DNA from: an uncultured Candidatus Saccharibacteria bacterium
GTDB taxonomy: Bacteria > Patescibacteriota > Saccharimonadia > Saccharimonadales > SZUA-47
Assembly: GCA_964536485.1 (NCBI GenBank)
Contig: CAZHXX010000005.1
Coordinates: 42 to 64,041, forward strand
Length of the DNA stretch: 64,000 bases
Direction: 5' to 3'
The notes beneath the pieces are model-generated. The model did not search any database. It was not told the origin of the DNA and worked only from the letters and a program-made list of their open reading frames with translations. The position numbers were made by a program, and so were the translations under genes. Position 1 is the stretch's first letter, and every line of letters begins with the position of its first letter. This document shows, piece after piece, positions 29,884 to 39,494 of the stretch.

Positions 29884-31767
29884 ATGAACGCCCAAGACAT
29901 ACGCAACAAATACTTAGCATATTTTAAACAACAAGGTCACGCTGTTATACCACGCGCCTTGATGGTGCCATACAACGAACCATCAGTGCTCTTTACTGGT
30001 TCTGGTATGCAACCACTCATTCCTTACTTACTCGGAGAAAAGCACCCAGAAGGGACGCGGCTTGTTGACTCTCAGACATGCTTGCGTGCGCAAGATATTG
30101 ACGAAGTTGGCGATAATCGTCATACAACCTTTTTTGAAATGCTCGGTAACTGGAGTCTAGGCGACTATTTCAAGGCAGAGCAACTCCCGTGGTTTTTTGA
30201 GTTTTTGACAAAAGAAGTTGGACTTAACCCAAGCAAACTGTACGTCACCTGCTGTAGCGGGTTCCCAGAATACAATGTGCCAAAAGACACCGAAAGTGGT
30301 GAGATATGGAAGAAGCTTTTTGCGAGCGTCAGCATTGATGCAAAAGAAGTTGAGATTGGGTCTGAAGAAAATGGCTACAAAGTTGGCGACCAAGGTGGAA
30401 GAATATTTTATTACGGCGAGAAAAACTGGTGGAGTCGTGATGGCGCACCTGCAAAAGTAAAAGTGGGCGAACCGTGCGGACCAGACAGTGAAGTGTTTTA
30501 TCTGTTTGACCATATCCAGCATGACACAAAATGGGGTGAGCATTGTCACCCTAACTGTGACTGCGGACGATACATGGAAATCGGTAACTCGGTCTTTATG
30601 GAATATTTGCGTACGGAAGCTGGGTTTGAAAAGTTGCCTGCGCAGAACGTTGACTTTGGGGCGGGGCTCGAGCGCATAGCCGCCGCTGCAATTGATTCTG
30701 ATGATATGTTTAAGATTAGTTTGCTATGGCCAATTATTGAAAAGCTACAAAGTCTTTCTGGTAAAACCTATGAAAGCCATACTGACAGTATGCGTGTGAT
30801 TGCGGACCATTTGCGGGCTGCGACATTCTTGGCTGTTGATGGTGTGGTGCCAAGCAACAAAGAGCAGGGTTATGTCATGCGTAGACTGATGCGCCGAGCA
30901 ATCTTAAAGGCATTTGACCTTGGTATTGAGCAAAATTTCATGCAGGAAGTCGTACCGGTTATTGCTGGGCTTTATACAACGGATTTTCCTGAAGTTGCGG
31001 AAGGCAAAGACAAAATTGTCGAAGTACTTGCAAAAGAAGAGAAGGTGTTCAGGCAGACCTTGCGTAAAGGAAAGCAAACCTTACCAAAGATTGCTGGCAA
31101 AAAACTCACTGGCGAAGAAGTGTTTACGATGTACGACACGTATGGATTCCCGATAGAGCTGAGCGTTGAAGAAGCAACCGTGCAGGGCATAGAGATTTCC
31201 GAAAACTGGAAAGAAGAATTTGACGCAAAGATGAAAGAGCAGCGCGAACGTTCGCAGACGGCTGCGAAGGGAACATTTAAAGGTGGACTTGGTGGTCATA
31301 CCTTGCAACACAAAAAATACCATACTGCCACGCATCTTATGTATCAAGCGCTTCGTGAAGTGCTTGGCGATCATGTCGTGCAAAATGGCTCAAATATCAC
31401 TGAAGAGCGCCTACGCTTTGACTTTAGCCATCCAGAAAAAGTGACGCCAGAACAAATAGCCCAAGTTGAAGAAATTGTAAACCGCGAAATTGCCAAAGAT
31501 TTGAAAGTAAGCTTTGCCGAATATCCAACCAAAGTGGCCCGCGAAGAAATGGGTGCACTAGGGCAGTTTGGCGACCGCTATGGTGAGACCGTAAAAGTCT
31601 ACAAAATGATAGCCGATGGCGCCGAGAAGCCGTTTAGTTTTGAAATTTGTGGGGGCCCTCACGTGGACCACACTCTGCAACTATTTGAAGATGGTAAACG
31701 CTTCAAAATACTTAAAGAAGAAGCAAGCTCTGCTGGCATCCGCCGGATTAAGGCAGCGCTCGTTTAA
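29884..31767 (+). CDS. alaS: alanyl-tRNA synthetase lacking the C-Ala domain
   Basis: HTTFFEMLGNWS, DHLRA, editing motifs HTATH and CGGPH; ends at GIRRIKA. Confidence 0.95.
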   Translation: MNAQDIRNKYLAYFKQQGHAVIPRALMVPYNEPSVLFTGSGMQPLIPYLLGEKHPEGTRLVDSQTCLRAQDIDEVGDNRHTTFFEMLGNWSLGDYFKAEQLPWFFEFLTKEVGLNPSKLYVTCCSGFPEYNVPKDTESGEIWKKLFASVSIDAKEVEIGSEENGYKVGDQGGRIFYYGEKNWWSRDGAPAKVKVGEPCGPDSEVFYLFDHIQHDTKWGEHCHPNCDCGRYMEIGNSVFMEYLRTEAGFEKLPAQNVDFGAGLERIAAAAIDSDDMFKISLLWPIIEKLQSLSGKTYESHTDSMRVIADHLRAATFLAVDGVVPSNKEQGYVMRRLMRRAILKAFDLGIEQNFMQEVVPVIAGLYTTDFPEVAEGKDKIVEVLAKEEKVFRQTLRKGKQTLPKIAGKKLTGEEVFTMYDTYGFPIELSVEEATVQGIEISENWKEEFDAKMKEQRERSQTAAKGTFKGGLGGHTLQHKKYHTATHLMYQALREVLGDHVVQNGSNITEERLRFDFSHPEKVTPEQIAQVEEIVNREIAKDLKVSFAEYPTKVAREEMGALGQFGDRYGETVKVYKMIADGAEKPFSFEICGGPHVDHTLQLFEDGKRFKILKEEASSAGIRRIKAALV

Positions 31768-32240
31768 GCTTGTTTTGGTTGTTCAGGAGCGAACGCCTTT
31801 GCACTAACAATTTGTGCGCCTTCGGCAATGAGGTCGAGCCAGGATACGACCCCCTTATGAACGCCTTGACCATCTATGGCGTAGAATTCCCTGTCAGGAA
31901 GTGAGAAAGTGTGTTGCTGTATATCTGTTAAGGTGACCTCAACGATAGATCGACAGACAATTTCTATACCAGTGAATGCTCTTTCTGTAGGGTACGCTTT
32001 GTCGTAGTAGTAAAATCCGTTGGCAGATTTGTCTAGCGAAAGAGCTATTGTTAGTTTTGAGCCGTCAGCATCCTGGGTTCTGTCAAATGTTAGTTGTGTC
32101 CCCACCCAACTTAGCTGAGAGCCAAGGTCTTTGAGCGCCTCAGGCTCGTAACCTGTCGGTATAAGCAGAGTTTCTTGATTAATAGGGAGATGATATGCTC
32201 CTGAAAAATGGTCAGGTATCCTGTCGGTCATGCTCGCCAT
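31764..32240 (-). CDS. hypothetical protein (orphan)
   Basis: 158-aa ORF convergent with alaS (4-nt overlap); TGaTATAAT 9 nt before the ATG. Confidence 0.6.
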   Translation of the reverse strand: MASMTDRIPDHFSGAYHLPINQETLLIPTGYEPEALKDLGSQLSWVGTQLTFDRTQDADGSKLTIALSLDKSANGFYYYDKAYPTERAFTGIEIVCRSIVEVTLTDIQQHTFSLPDREFYAIDGQGVHKGVVSWLDLIAEGAQIVSAKAFAPEQPKQA

Positions 32241-32330
32241 AATATATAAATTATATCATAATATTAGCATAAGTAAAATAAGGGCTTTCGGCTCTAAAGA
32301 TAACGACTAGCATGCTACAATAAAACGTAT

Positions 32331-33629
32331 ATGCTAACAAAGTTCCAAGGCCTTAAAGACAAGGCGCTTAAGACAGTCAAACCACACACCGGAAAAAACG
32401 CTGAGCGGTATCTTGTTGCTCTCGATATAGGAACAGAGAATGTCAAAGCTCTCATTGGCCGAATTGCTGAAGAAGAAGTCGAAATTATTGGGGTAGGCAG
32501 AGCTCATCAAGGCTTGCAAGACATGCAAGCAGGAGCAATTGCAGATATTGCCTCGGTCACGGCAAACTGTAATAAAGCACTGGCTGAGGCAGAAAAACAA
32601 GCTGGGGTTAGTGCGCGCGCTGTTGTTATTGGTATTGCCGGGGAACTTGTAAAAGGAATTACTGTTTCTGTTAGACTCCAGCGCAAAGACGCAAAAAAGG
32701 CACTCGACATCGATGAGGTTGAGCGGATTGTTGCGTTGGTGCAAAACCGCGCGTTAGAGCGTGCCAAGCAACAGATTGCGGACGAACTTGGCGGTAAGGA
32801 AATAGAGGTTCAGCTCGTTAATAGCGCGCTTGTGAGAATGGAAATTGATGGCTATGAGGTTACTAATCCTGTTGGGTTCCAGGGGAAAGAAGTCTTGGTT
32901 CAACTATATACCGCCTTTGCACCTATGATTCATATAGGTGCACTCGAGCAGGTGGCTACTCAGCTCGACATGGACTTACTTGCAGTGGCTGCTGAGCCTT
33001 TTGCTGTGGCACGTTCGGTGATTGGAGATGCAGATGACTCAACAATGAGCGCTGTGCTTATGGACGTTGGCGGAGGAACCACTGACATTGCTGTGTTAAA
33101 CGAAGGTGGTGTGCAAGGTACGCAGATGTTTGGTATTGGTGGACGAGCTTTTACAAAGAGCATCGTGCGCGATATTGAAGTTGGCTTTTTGGAAGCAGAG
33201 AAACTAAAGCTCGGAATTAGCGACGGCACAGCACCGCGACAGCTCACCGAGCGAATTGAGAAAGCCCTTACTAAAACAGTCAAAGTCTGGCGCTCTGGCG
33301 TTGAGCTTGCGCTTGGTGAATACAATACCCTCGAACATCTTCCGCATCACATTTTGCTTTGCGGAGGAGGTGCAAGCCTCGAACTCCTTGTAAACGAACT
33401 TGAGTCTAGCGACTGGTATCGACGCTTGCCGTTTGCGCGTAAGCCTAGTATCCACTTCATAAAACCAGAAGCAGTGGTTGGGATTACCGACACTACCGAT
33501 TCTCTTCACGACCACACCTTTGTGACAGCTATGGGCTTGCTCCGTGTTGGGTTAGACACTTTAGCACAAAACGGTGATTCTGGTTCTGAGAACGTGCAGT
33601 CTAAGATAAATAGACTGTTGAGGATATAA
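32331..33629 (+). CDS. FtsA-like actin-fold ATPase
   Basis: ALDIGTENVK, AAEPFA, MDVGGGTTD, LCGGGASL; amphipathic C-terminal tail; no ftsZ adjacent. Confidence 0.8.
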   Translation: MLTKFQGLKDKALKTVKPHTGKNAERYLVALDIGTENVKALIGRIAEEEVEIIGVGRAHQGLQDMQAGAIADIASVTANCNKALAEAEKQAGVSARAVVIGIAGELVKGITVSVRLQRKDAKKALDIDEVERIVALVQNRALERAKQQIADELGGKEIEVQLVNSALVRMEIDGYEVTNPVGFQGKEVLVQLYTAFAPMIHIGALEQVATQLDMDLLAVAAEPFAVARSVIGDADDSTMSAVLMDVGGGTTDIAVLNEGGVQGTQMFGIGGRAFTKSIVRDIEVGFLEAEKLKLGISDGTAPRQLTERIEKALTKTVKVWRSGVELALGEYNTLEHLPHHILLCGGGASLELLVNELESSDWYRRLPFARKPSIHFIKPEAVVGITDTTDSLHDHTFVTAMGLLRVGLDTLAQNGDSGSENVQSKINRLLRI

Positions 33630-33631
33630 GT

Positions 33632-35326
33632 ATGGCCGTCAGTAAAGAAACGATTTATATAGAGGCAGACGACGAAATAACGACAGTTATTGAGAAGATT
33701 ATAACGGCCAAAAACAAGATTATTGCTGTCGTACTACCTAAGCGGGCAACAGTGTTCCAGAGTGTTGTTAATATGAAGCTTCTAAAAAAAGCAGCAGATG
33801 AAACCAAGCGAAAGGTCGTACTCATAAGCTCAGAGCCAGGCATTGAAGCAATAGCAGGCGTGGCTGGGATGTACGTAGCGCAATCTTTGACCTCTAAGCC
33901 GGCTATCCCAAAACGAAGTGCCCCTGCATCGGCAGTCACGACCGTCTCGCTTGATGCGGAGGAACCATTAAAGGCGTCTGCTCAAAAAGTGAGTTTTGCC
34001 GAGAGAGAATCTCTTGCTTCTTTTCCTGATGATGAGGCAGACAATGACACGATTGAAATTGACAATACCGCGCAAGAGCCAAAAGAAGAAGCCGTCGAGA
34101 CGCTTATAGACAAAGGAAGCGAGAAGAAAAAGAAGTTCAAGATTCCTGATTTTAGCAGTTTTCGTCTTCGGTTAGGGCTAGGGATTACCGCTGTTGTGTT
34201 GTTGATTGTGGGCTGGTTCTTCGGCTTCATCATAATGCCAAAAGCGACTATAACGGTTAACGCCGATACATCGAACAGCCAGGTCAATATGGATGTTGTG
34301 CTGGATACAAGCGCGACGAGTGTCGATGAAAAATCCGGAGTCTTACCCGCAAAAGTCGCAGAAATAACCAAAGAAGATAAAGCGACTGCTCCCGCTACAG
34401 GTGAAAAGAACGTAGGAGAGAAGGCAACAGGTGTAGTAACTCTTACGAACTGCGCTTCTGGTGGGGCAAAGACTATCCCTGCTGGTACTGCTTTTAGTGC
34501 AGGTAGCTATACATTTGTCACGACAGCCGATGTTGATCTTGGTCCTGCGGTAATCGTTGGAACATGTCGAAGCGCCGACTTTCCTAATCTTACTACTCCT
34601 GGTGCAGTTGAAGACGTTGCAGTGGTTGCGACCAATCCTGGCGAAGGGTATAACCTCGCAGCACGTAGCTATCAGTCTTCAGTAAATGGAGTGAGCGCCT
34701 ATGGCTCGGATATGTCTGGAGGGTCGACAAAAGTTGTAAAAATAGTTAGTGCAGATGATATCCAAAAGGCGAAGGATCAGCTAAAAAGTACTGCAACAGC
34801 CGATGCTTCTAAAGAACTTAAAACAAAGCTTCAGGAACAACAACTTCAGGCCTTTCAGGAGACGCTTACGAATACAGAGCCAGCAGTAAAGGTTTCTGTG
34901 GCGGCTGACACGGAAGCAAGCGAAGTGGTGGTGACCCAAACTGTTACCTACAAAATGCTTGGGGTGCAAGCAGAACAACTTGCCTCGCTACTCAACGCAA
35001 AGATAAAGGCGTCTTTTGGCGACAATTCACAAAAGAACATTCGGAGCAATGGGCTTGATAAGGCGATATATACGCTAAAACAAAAAGAATCTGACACAAA
35101 ACAATCGGTATCTATACAAGCTATCGCTATTCTTGGTGCTTCATTTGACATGGAAGCAATTAAAAAAGATGTGGTAGGCAAAAAGCGTGGCGAGATTGAA
35201 AAAATGCTTGAATCTCGTGACGGAGTGCGTTCGGTAGGTGTTGAGTATAGTCCATTCTGGATAACAACCACGCCTAAGTCTGTAAGCAAAATAACAGTCG
35301 TTGTGAATGAAGTTGATGCACAATAG
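33632..35326 (+). CDS. bitopic membrane protein with a baseplate-J/gp47-like extracellular domain
   Basis: Cytoplasmic N-domain, TM, then KATGVVTLTN..IPAGTAF..FVTT..VVATNPGEGYN..SGG. Confidence 0.6.
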   Translation: MAVSKETIYIEADDEITTVIEKIITAKNKIIAVVLPKRATVFQSVVNMKLLKKAADETKRKVVLISSEPGIEAIAGVAGMYVAQSLTSKPAIPKRSAPASAVTTVSLDAEEPLKASAQKVSFAERESLASFPDDEADNDTIEIDNTAQEPKEEAVETLIDKGSEKKKKFKIPDFSSFRLRLGLGITAVVLLIVGWFFGFIIMPKATITVNADTSNSQVNMDVVLDTSATSVDEKSGVLPAKVAEITKEDKATAPATGEKNVGEKATGVVTLTNCASGGAKTIPAGTAFSAGSYTFVTTADVDLGPAVIVGTCRSADFPNLTTPGAVEDVAVVATNPGEGYNLAARSYQSSVNGVSAYGSDMSGGSTKVVKIVSADDIQKAKDQLKSTATADASKELKTKLQEQQLQAFQETLTNTEPAVKVSVAADTEASEVVVTQTVTYKMLGVQAEQLASLLNAKIKASFGDNSQKNIRSNGLDKAIYTLKQKESDTKQSVSIQAIAILGASFDMEAIKKDVVGKKRGEIEKMLESRDGVRSVGVEYSPFWITTTPKSVSKITVVVNEVDAQ

Positions 35327-35747
35327 GATAGCGGGTGATGTCATTGCGCTCGATATAGGATTGTCGCGCACGGGCGTTGCTCGTATTAACACTACGGCAC
35401 GTATTGCTGAGGCATTGGAGCCAATCACCGACAGTCATCAACAGCTGGTGTCTGAACTTAAGAAGGTGTTTAGCCAGTTTGCTCCTGCCGCTGTGGTGCT
35501 TGGATTGCCACGAGGTCTTGATGGGCAAGATACCGAGCAGACAACGTATGTGCGTGGTGTTTTTAAGGACCTTACTCAAGCTTACCCAGATATGAACTTT
35601 TTTATGATTGACGAAGCGGGCACTACTAAGGAAGCCGAACTACGCGCAAGAGATGGCGAATCGGTGGATAGTGTTGCAGCGGGTATTATTGGAGAAGACT
35701 TTTTGGCAGAAATAATAAGGGGAAATATAGATGGCGTTACACTTTAA
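35316..35747 (+). CDS. ruvX: YqgF/RuvX pre-16S rRNA nuclease
   Basis: IALDIGLSRTGVA, VLGLP, DEAGTT, DSVAA. Confidence 0.88.
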   Translation: MHNRIAGDVIALDIGLSRTGVARINTTARIAEALEPITDSHQQLVSELKKVFSQFAPAAVVLGLPRGLDGQDTEQTTYVRGVFKDLTQAYPDMNFFMIDEAGTTKEAELRARDGESVDSVAAGIIGEDFLAEIIRGNIDGVTL

Positions 35748-36783
35748 AGATGGTCGTGTCCGCAAGCGTCGAAGGCTTGGTTTTTTCTTAGCATTAATTT
35801 TCTTCGTAGTCTTCTCACTTTTAGGGGCGGGCTTTGTGTACTATCAGTCGGGGCTGGAACCATTAAATAAGAATAATGATGAGCCTGTTGTGGTGACGAT
35901 TGTGCAAGGGATGAGTGATGCGCAAATAGGTGCTTTGCTAAAGTCAAAAGGGGTAATTAAGTCGGCCGAAGTGTACGAACTCTTCGTCCGCATTAGTCGA
36001 ATGACAGGCAAAGTTCAAGCGGGAAGCTACACTTTGAGTAGAAGCATGGATGTACGCCGTATTGTCGACAAGCTTACTGCTGGTGAAATTAACGTTGATT
36101 TGCTTACTATTTTGCCAGGAAAAACTATTAATGAGTTGCGCGCTGTCTTTGTTGATGCTGGGTATAGTGAAGAAGAGGTTGATACGGCGCTTGAGCCTGA
36201 CCAGTATGCTGATCACCCAGCCTTACGCGCTAAGCCGCCAAGTGCTTCGCTTGAAGGCTATCTCTACCCTGAAAGCTTTCAAAAAACCGATACAACACCT
36301 CTAAAAACAATTATTACCGCTTCTCTTGACCAAATGGCATCGGTGTTAAATGATGACGTAGAGGCAAAGTTATCCAAAAAAGGCTTAACCTTACATGATG
36401 GCGTTATTCTTGCCTCAATTATTGAAAAAGAGGTACATAGTGCCTCGGATAAGCCTATCGTGTCGCAAGTATTCCAGTCTCGTTTGAGCAACGGTATGCT
36501 TCTTGGTTCTGACGTGACGGCATATTATGGAGCTGAGGCCGAAGGACTGCCTCGCGCTGTTACCGCCGATACACCTTACAATACTCGTCTCTATTTGGGG
36601 CTTCCTCCTGGGCCTATAAGTAACTTCACGCAAGATTCCTTGCAGGCGGTGCTAGAGCCAAGCTCAACCGACTATCTGTATTTTGTTGCTGGGGATGATG
36701 GGATCACCTATTTTTCAAGAACCTTGCAGGAGCACGAAGCACTTACTGCTCAGCACTGTATAGAACTATGTGCTGCGCCGTAG
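35731..36783 (+). CDS. mltG: endolytic transglycosylase MltG
   Basis: LEGYLYP, LASIIEKE, PYNT..GLPPGPI, YLYFVA. Confidence 0.92.
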   Translation: MALHFKDGRVRKRRRLGFFLALIFFVVFSLLGAGFVYYQSGLEPLNKNNDEPVVVTIVQGMSDAQIGALLKSKGVIKSAEVYELFVRISRMTGKVQAGSYTLSRSMDVRRIVDKLTAGEINVDLLTILPGKTINELRAVFVDAGYSEEEVDTALEPDQYADHPALRAKPPSASLEGYLYPESFQKTDTTPLKTIITASLDQMASVLNDDVEAKLSKKGLTLHDGVILASIIEKEVHSASDKPIVSQVFQSRLSNGMLLGSDVTAYYGAEAEGLPRAVTADTPYNTRLYLGLPPGPISNFTQDSLQAVLEPSSTDYLYFVAGDDGITYFSRTLQEHEALTAQHCIELCAAP

Positions 36784-36802
36784 CCAAGCCTATGAGCAAA
36801 TG

Positions 36803-36831
36803 TTGACAATTTGACGCGTGACCTCTATAAT
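36803..36831 (+). promoter_or_regulatory. perfect sigma70 promoter
   Basis: TTGACA-17 nt-TATAAT, followed by a ~170-nt structured leader. Confidence 0.8.
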
Positions 36832-37005
36832 CTTTAGCAGTATTTGTTTATTTTTGACTAAAAATTTAAGCAAATAGCACGTCGCAGTGTACGTAATAAT
36901 ATGTGATAAAACGGGACGGTCGAACACCCGTAAATAACAACTAAAAACACCTGCGAACTATGCGTTTTTCAGCCATTTTCCAAACGCACCCACAAGGAGT
37001 AAAGT

Positions 37006-38160
37006 ATTCGTACGCAACTCACGTCTCATCTTGCAGAGTCTGCACTAGTGAAGACGGCTAACAACGTTACCGAAGATTTAAATCGTAAAGTTAAACGAAG
37101 TATTTTTCGTAGTAAACGTCGCATTGTTCGTTATGGGTTACTTGTTTGTAACCTTTTTTTAGTTGCAGGAATTGTTGGGTTTATTATCTCTACCCGGAAC
37201 GAAGCCCCAGCGTCTAGCACCCCTATTCTTAGCCTCACTGAAGAAAAAGCGGTCGTGAGCCCGCTTGATGAGATTTCTGGTGCTGATATTGCAGTCAATG
37301 TTGCGCAACTTGTTCATATGGACCAGACAACCTCAGTTATTAACAATGCCGACTCAGTAAAAGCTCAGCTGGATGTTGTCCCGAGCAGTACGCAAATTGT
37401 GTCTAAGCCACAAATTGTCGAAACAGAACTTAAGTCAAAAAAAGACATAAAAACCTACACAACCACAGATGGTGACACTATCGATTCTCTTGCCGAGAAA
37501 TTTGGCGTCGCGGCTGACAGTATCCGCTGGTCTAACGGTATTACAGGGGCTAAGATTGAAGCAAACAAGCAAATCGTCATCCCCCCAGTAAACGGGCTTG
37601 TGTATACGGTACAGTCTGGCGATACCCCTGAGACTTTGGCGTCGAAATATCGTTCTGACAAAGACCGTATTATTGCCTATAACGATGCCGAAATCGGTGG
37701 CCTTGTTATTGGTGAGAAGATTCTTATTCCAGATGGGAAAAAGCCAGATCCTCCCCGCGCTTACGTTAGTGTTTCTTATGGCTCGTCGGCAGTCTATGGC
37801 TTTAACGGCTATGATTATGGCTGGTGCACCTGGTATGTCGCGAAGCGTCGTGCCGAAGCTGGTAAACCACTACCTACCAATCTAGGAAATGCTGGTCCGT
37901 GGGCCTTTAACGCGGCACGCTATGGTATGCCAAATGGCAACACGCCAGCAGTCGGAGCCGCAGCCGTGACTGACAGAAGCAACCCAGGGCACGTTGCGTA
38001 TGTAGAAGAAGTAAATGAAGATGGTAGTATCTGGATAACTGAGATGAACTCTCGTGGACAAGCTTCTAAAACCGACAGTAGTCCGGCGGGTGGATGGGGC
38101 AGAGTTGACTGGAAGCTTATTCCTGTTGATAGAGCAAACAGATTCACCTACATCTACTAG
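37006..38160 (+). CDS. LysM-LysM-CHAP peptidoglycan hydrolase (probable AUU start; ORF track start GTG 37048)
   Basis: TM, two LysM repeats, CHAP motifs YGWCTWYV, GNAG.W, GHVAYVE, EMN; SD aaggag 6 nt before an in-frame ATT. Confidence 0.85.
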   Translation: MRTQLTSHLAESALVKTANNVTEDLNRKVKRSIFRSKRRIVRYGLLVCNLFLVAGIVGFIISTRNEAPASSTPILSLTEEKAVVSPLDEISGADIAVNVAQLVHMDQTTSVINNADSVKAQLDVVPSSTQIVSKPQIVETELKSKKDIKTYTTTDGDTIDSLAEKFGVAADSIRWSNGITGAKIEANKQIVIPPVNGLVYTVQSGDTPETLASKYRSDKDRIIAYNDAEIGGLVIGEKILIPDGKKPDPPRAYVSVSYGSSAVYGFNGYDYGWCTWYVAKRRAEAGKPLPTNLGNAGPWAFNAARYGMPNGNTPAVGAAAVTDRSNPGHVAYVEEVNEDGSIWITEMNSRGQASKTDSSPAGGWGRVDWKLIPVDRANRFTYIY

Positions 38161-38213
38161 CATCATGCGGGTTAAGTAGGTTCTTAAAGAGTAATACGGT
38201 ATACTATTAAGCA

Positions 38214-39491
38214 ATGTTTATTGATGTAGCGACAGTTTTGGTAAAGGCCGGAGACGGTGGAAATGGTGTTGTCTCGTTTTTGCATGCCCGCGGACTTCCG
38301 ATGGGTGGACCGGATGGCGGTGATGGCGGGCACGGGGGTAACCTTGTGTTTACGGCAAGCAATAATGAAAATACGCTTGCAAATTTTCGCTACCAAAAAG
38401 AACTTAAAGCAGAGGACGGCCAGGCAGGCCGTGGCGCGAAGATGCATGGCCGAAACGGCAAAGATTTGATAGTAAACGTCCCCGTGGGAACTCAGATTAG
38501 TGAAGGCGACAGCGTACTCGCCGACCTTACTGAGCCTGGTGAAAGCGTTATTATTGCTAAAGGTGGTAATGGTGGTTTTGGGAATGCGCACTTTACGAGT
38601 AGTACGCGTCAAGCCCCGCGAGTTGCAGAAAAGGGCGAAAAAGGCGAGACCAAAGAGCTCAAACTTGAGCTAAAGATGATTGCTGATGTGGGCTTGATTG
38701 GTATGCCAAATGCCGGAAAAAGCACTTTGCTTGCGCGTATAAGTAACGCACGTCCAGAAATTGCTAATTATGCCTTTACGACGCTTCGCCCTAACCTTGG
38801 CGTGGTGAAGATTGAGAAGGGGAAAGAATTACTCTTTGCAGACATCCCGGGGCTTATTGAAGGCGCTTCTGAGGGTAAAGGGCTAGGTGACGAATTTTTG
38901 CGTCATGTGGAACGTACAAAAGTACTTATTCATCTTATTGACGCCTATAACGACGATATCGTTGCTGCTTATAAAACTATTCAAGAAGAGCTTAAAGCAT
39001 ACAAAATTGATATGAGCGGAAAGCCTCAGCTTGTTGCTATTAACAAGATTGACGGCCTAGATGAAGAAATCGTAGAGGATCTAAAAGCTCAGCTTAAGAA
39101 AGAGTCTGGGTTGGATGAGGTGTTTGCTATCTCTGCTAATAGTGGTTCCGGGGTGCAACAACTTCTCTACGCCGTAAATGGACTAGTGCAAAAACTGCGC
39201 GCGACCGAATTATTGCAACAAGCAGAAGAGGCAGAAAAACTGCCAGTTATTAGTATTGAAAAAGAAGTTGAACCTTGGAGGGTTGAGCTCACCGACGATG
39301 CAATTCTTATTTATGGCGAAAAAATTGAAAGATTTGTTGCTAAAACAGACTTTGAAAGCGAAGATGCGCTACGACGCTTGCGAGATATCATGCGCAAAAT
39401 GGGTATTATGCGGAAGATAGAGCGCCTAGACGCAACTCCGGGGCTCCCAATTTATTTTGGCGAGAATAGAACTGACCATTTGGAGTATTAA
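38214..39491 (+). CDS. obgE: GTPase ObgE/CgtA
   Basis: Gly-rich Obg fold, GMPNAGKS, FTTL, DIPG, NKID. Confidence 0.95.
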   Translation: MFIDVATVLVKAGDGGNGVVSFLHARGLPMGGPDGGDGGHGGNLVFTASNNENTLANFRYQKELKAEDGQAGRGAKMHGRNGKDLIVNVPVGTQISEGDSVLADLTEPGESVIIAKGGNGGFGNAHFTSSTRQAPRVAEKGEKGETKELKLELKMIADVGLIGMPNAGKSTLLARISNARPEIANYAFTTLRPNLGVVKIEKGKELLFADIPGLIEGASEGKGLGDEFLRHVERTKVLIHLIDAYNDDIVAAYKTIQEELKAYKIDMSGKPQLVAINKIDGLDEEIVEDLKAQLKKESGLDEVFAISANSGSGVQQLLYAVNGLVQKLRATELLQQAEEAEKLPVISIEKEVEPWRVELTDDAILIYGEKIERFVAKTDFESEDALRRLRDIMRKMGIMRKIERLDATPGLPIYFGENRTDHLEY

Positions 39492-39494
39492 GCA

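Noticed and set aside
29884-31767. alaS as a truncated pseudogene
   Set aside because: Catalytic and editing motifs are intact and the protein ends cleanly after the editing domain; loss of C-Ala is consistent with a reduced genome.
33632-35326. Prophage or contractile injection system suggested by the baseplate-J-like domain
   Set aside because: No sheath, tube, spike, terminase or integrase genes; the protein has a TM and sits in a housekeeping operon.
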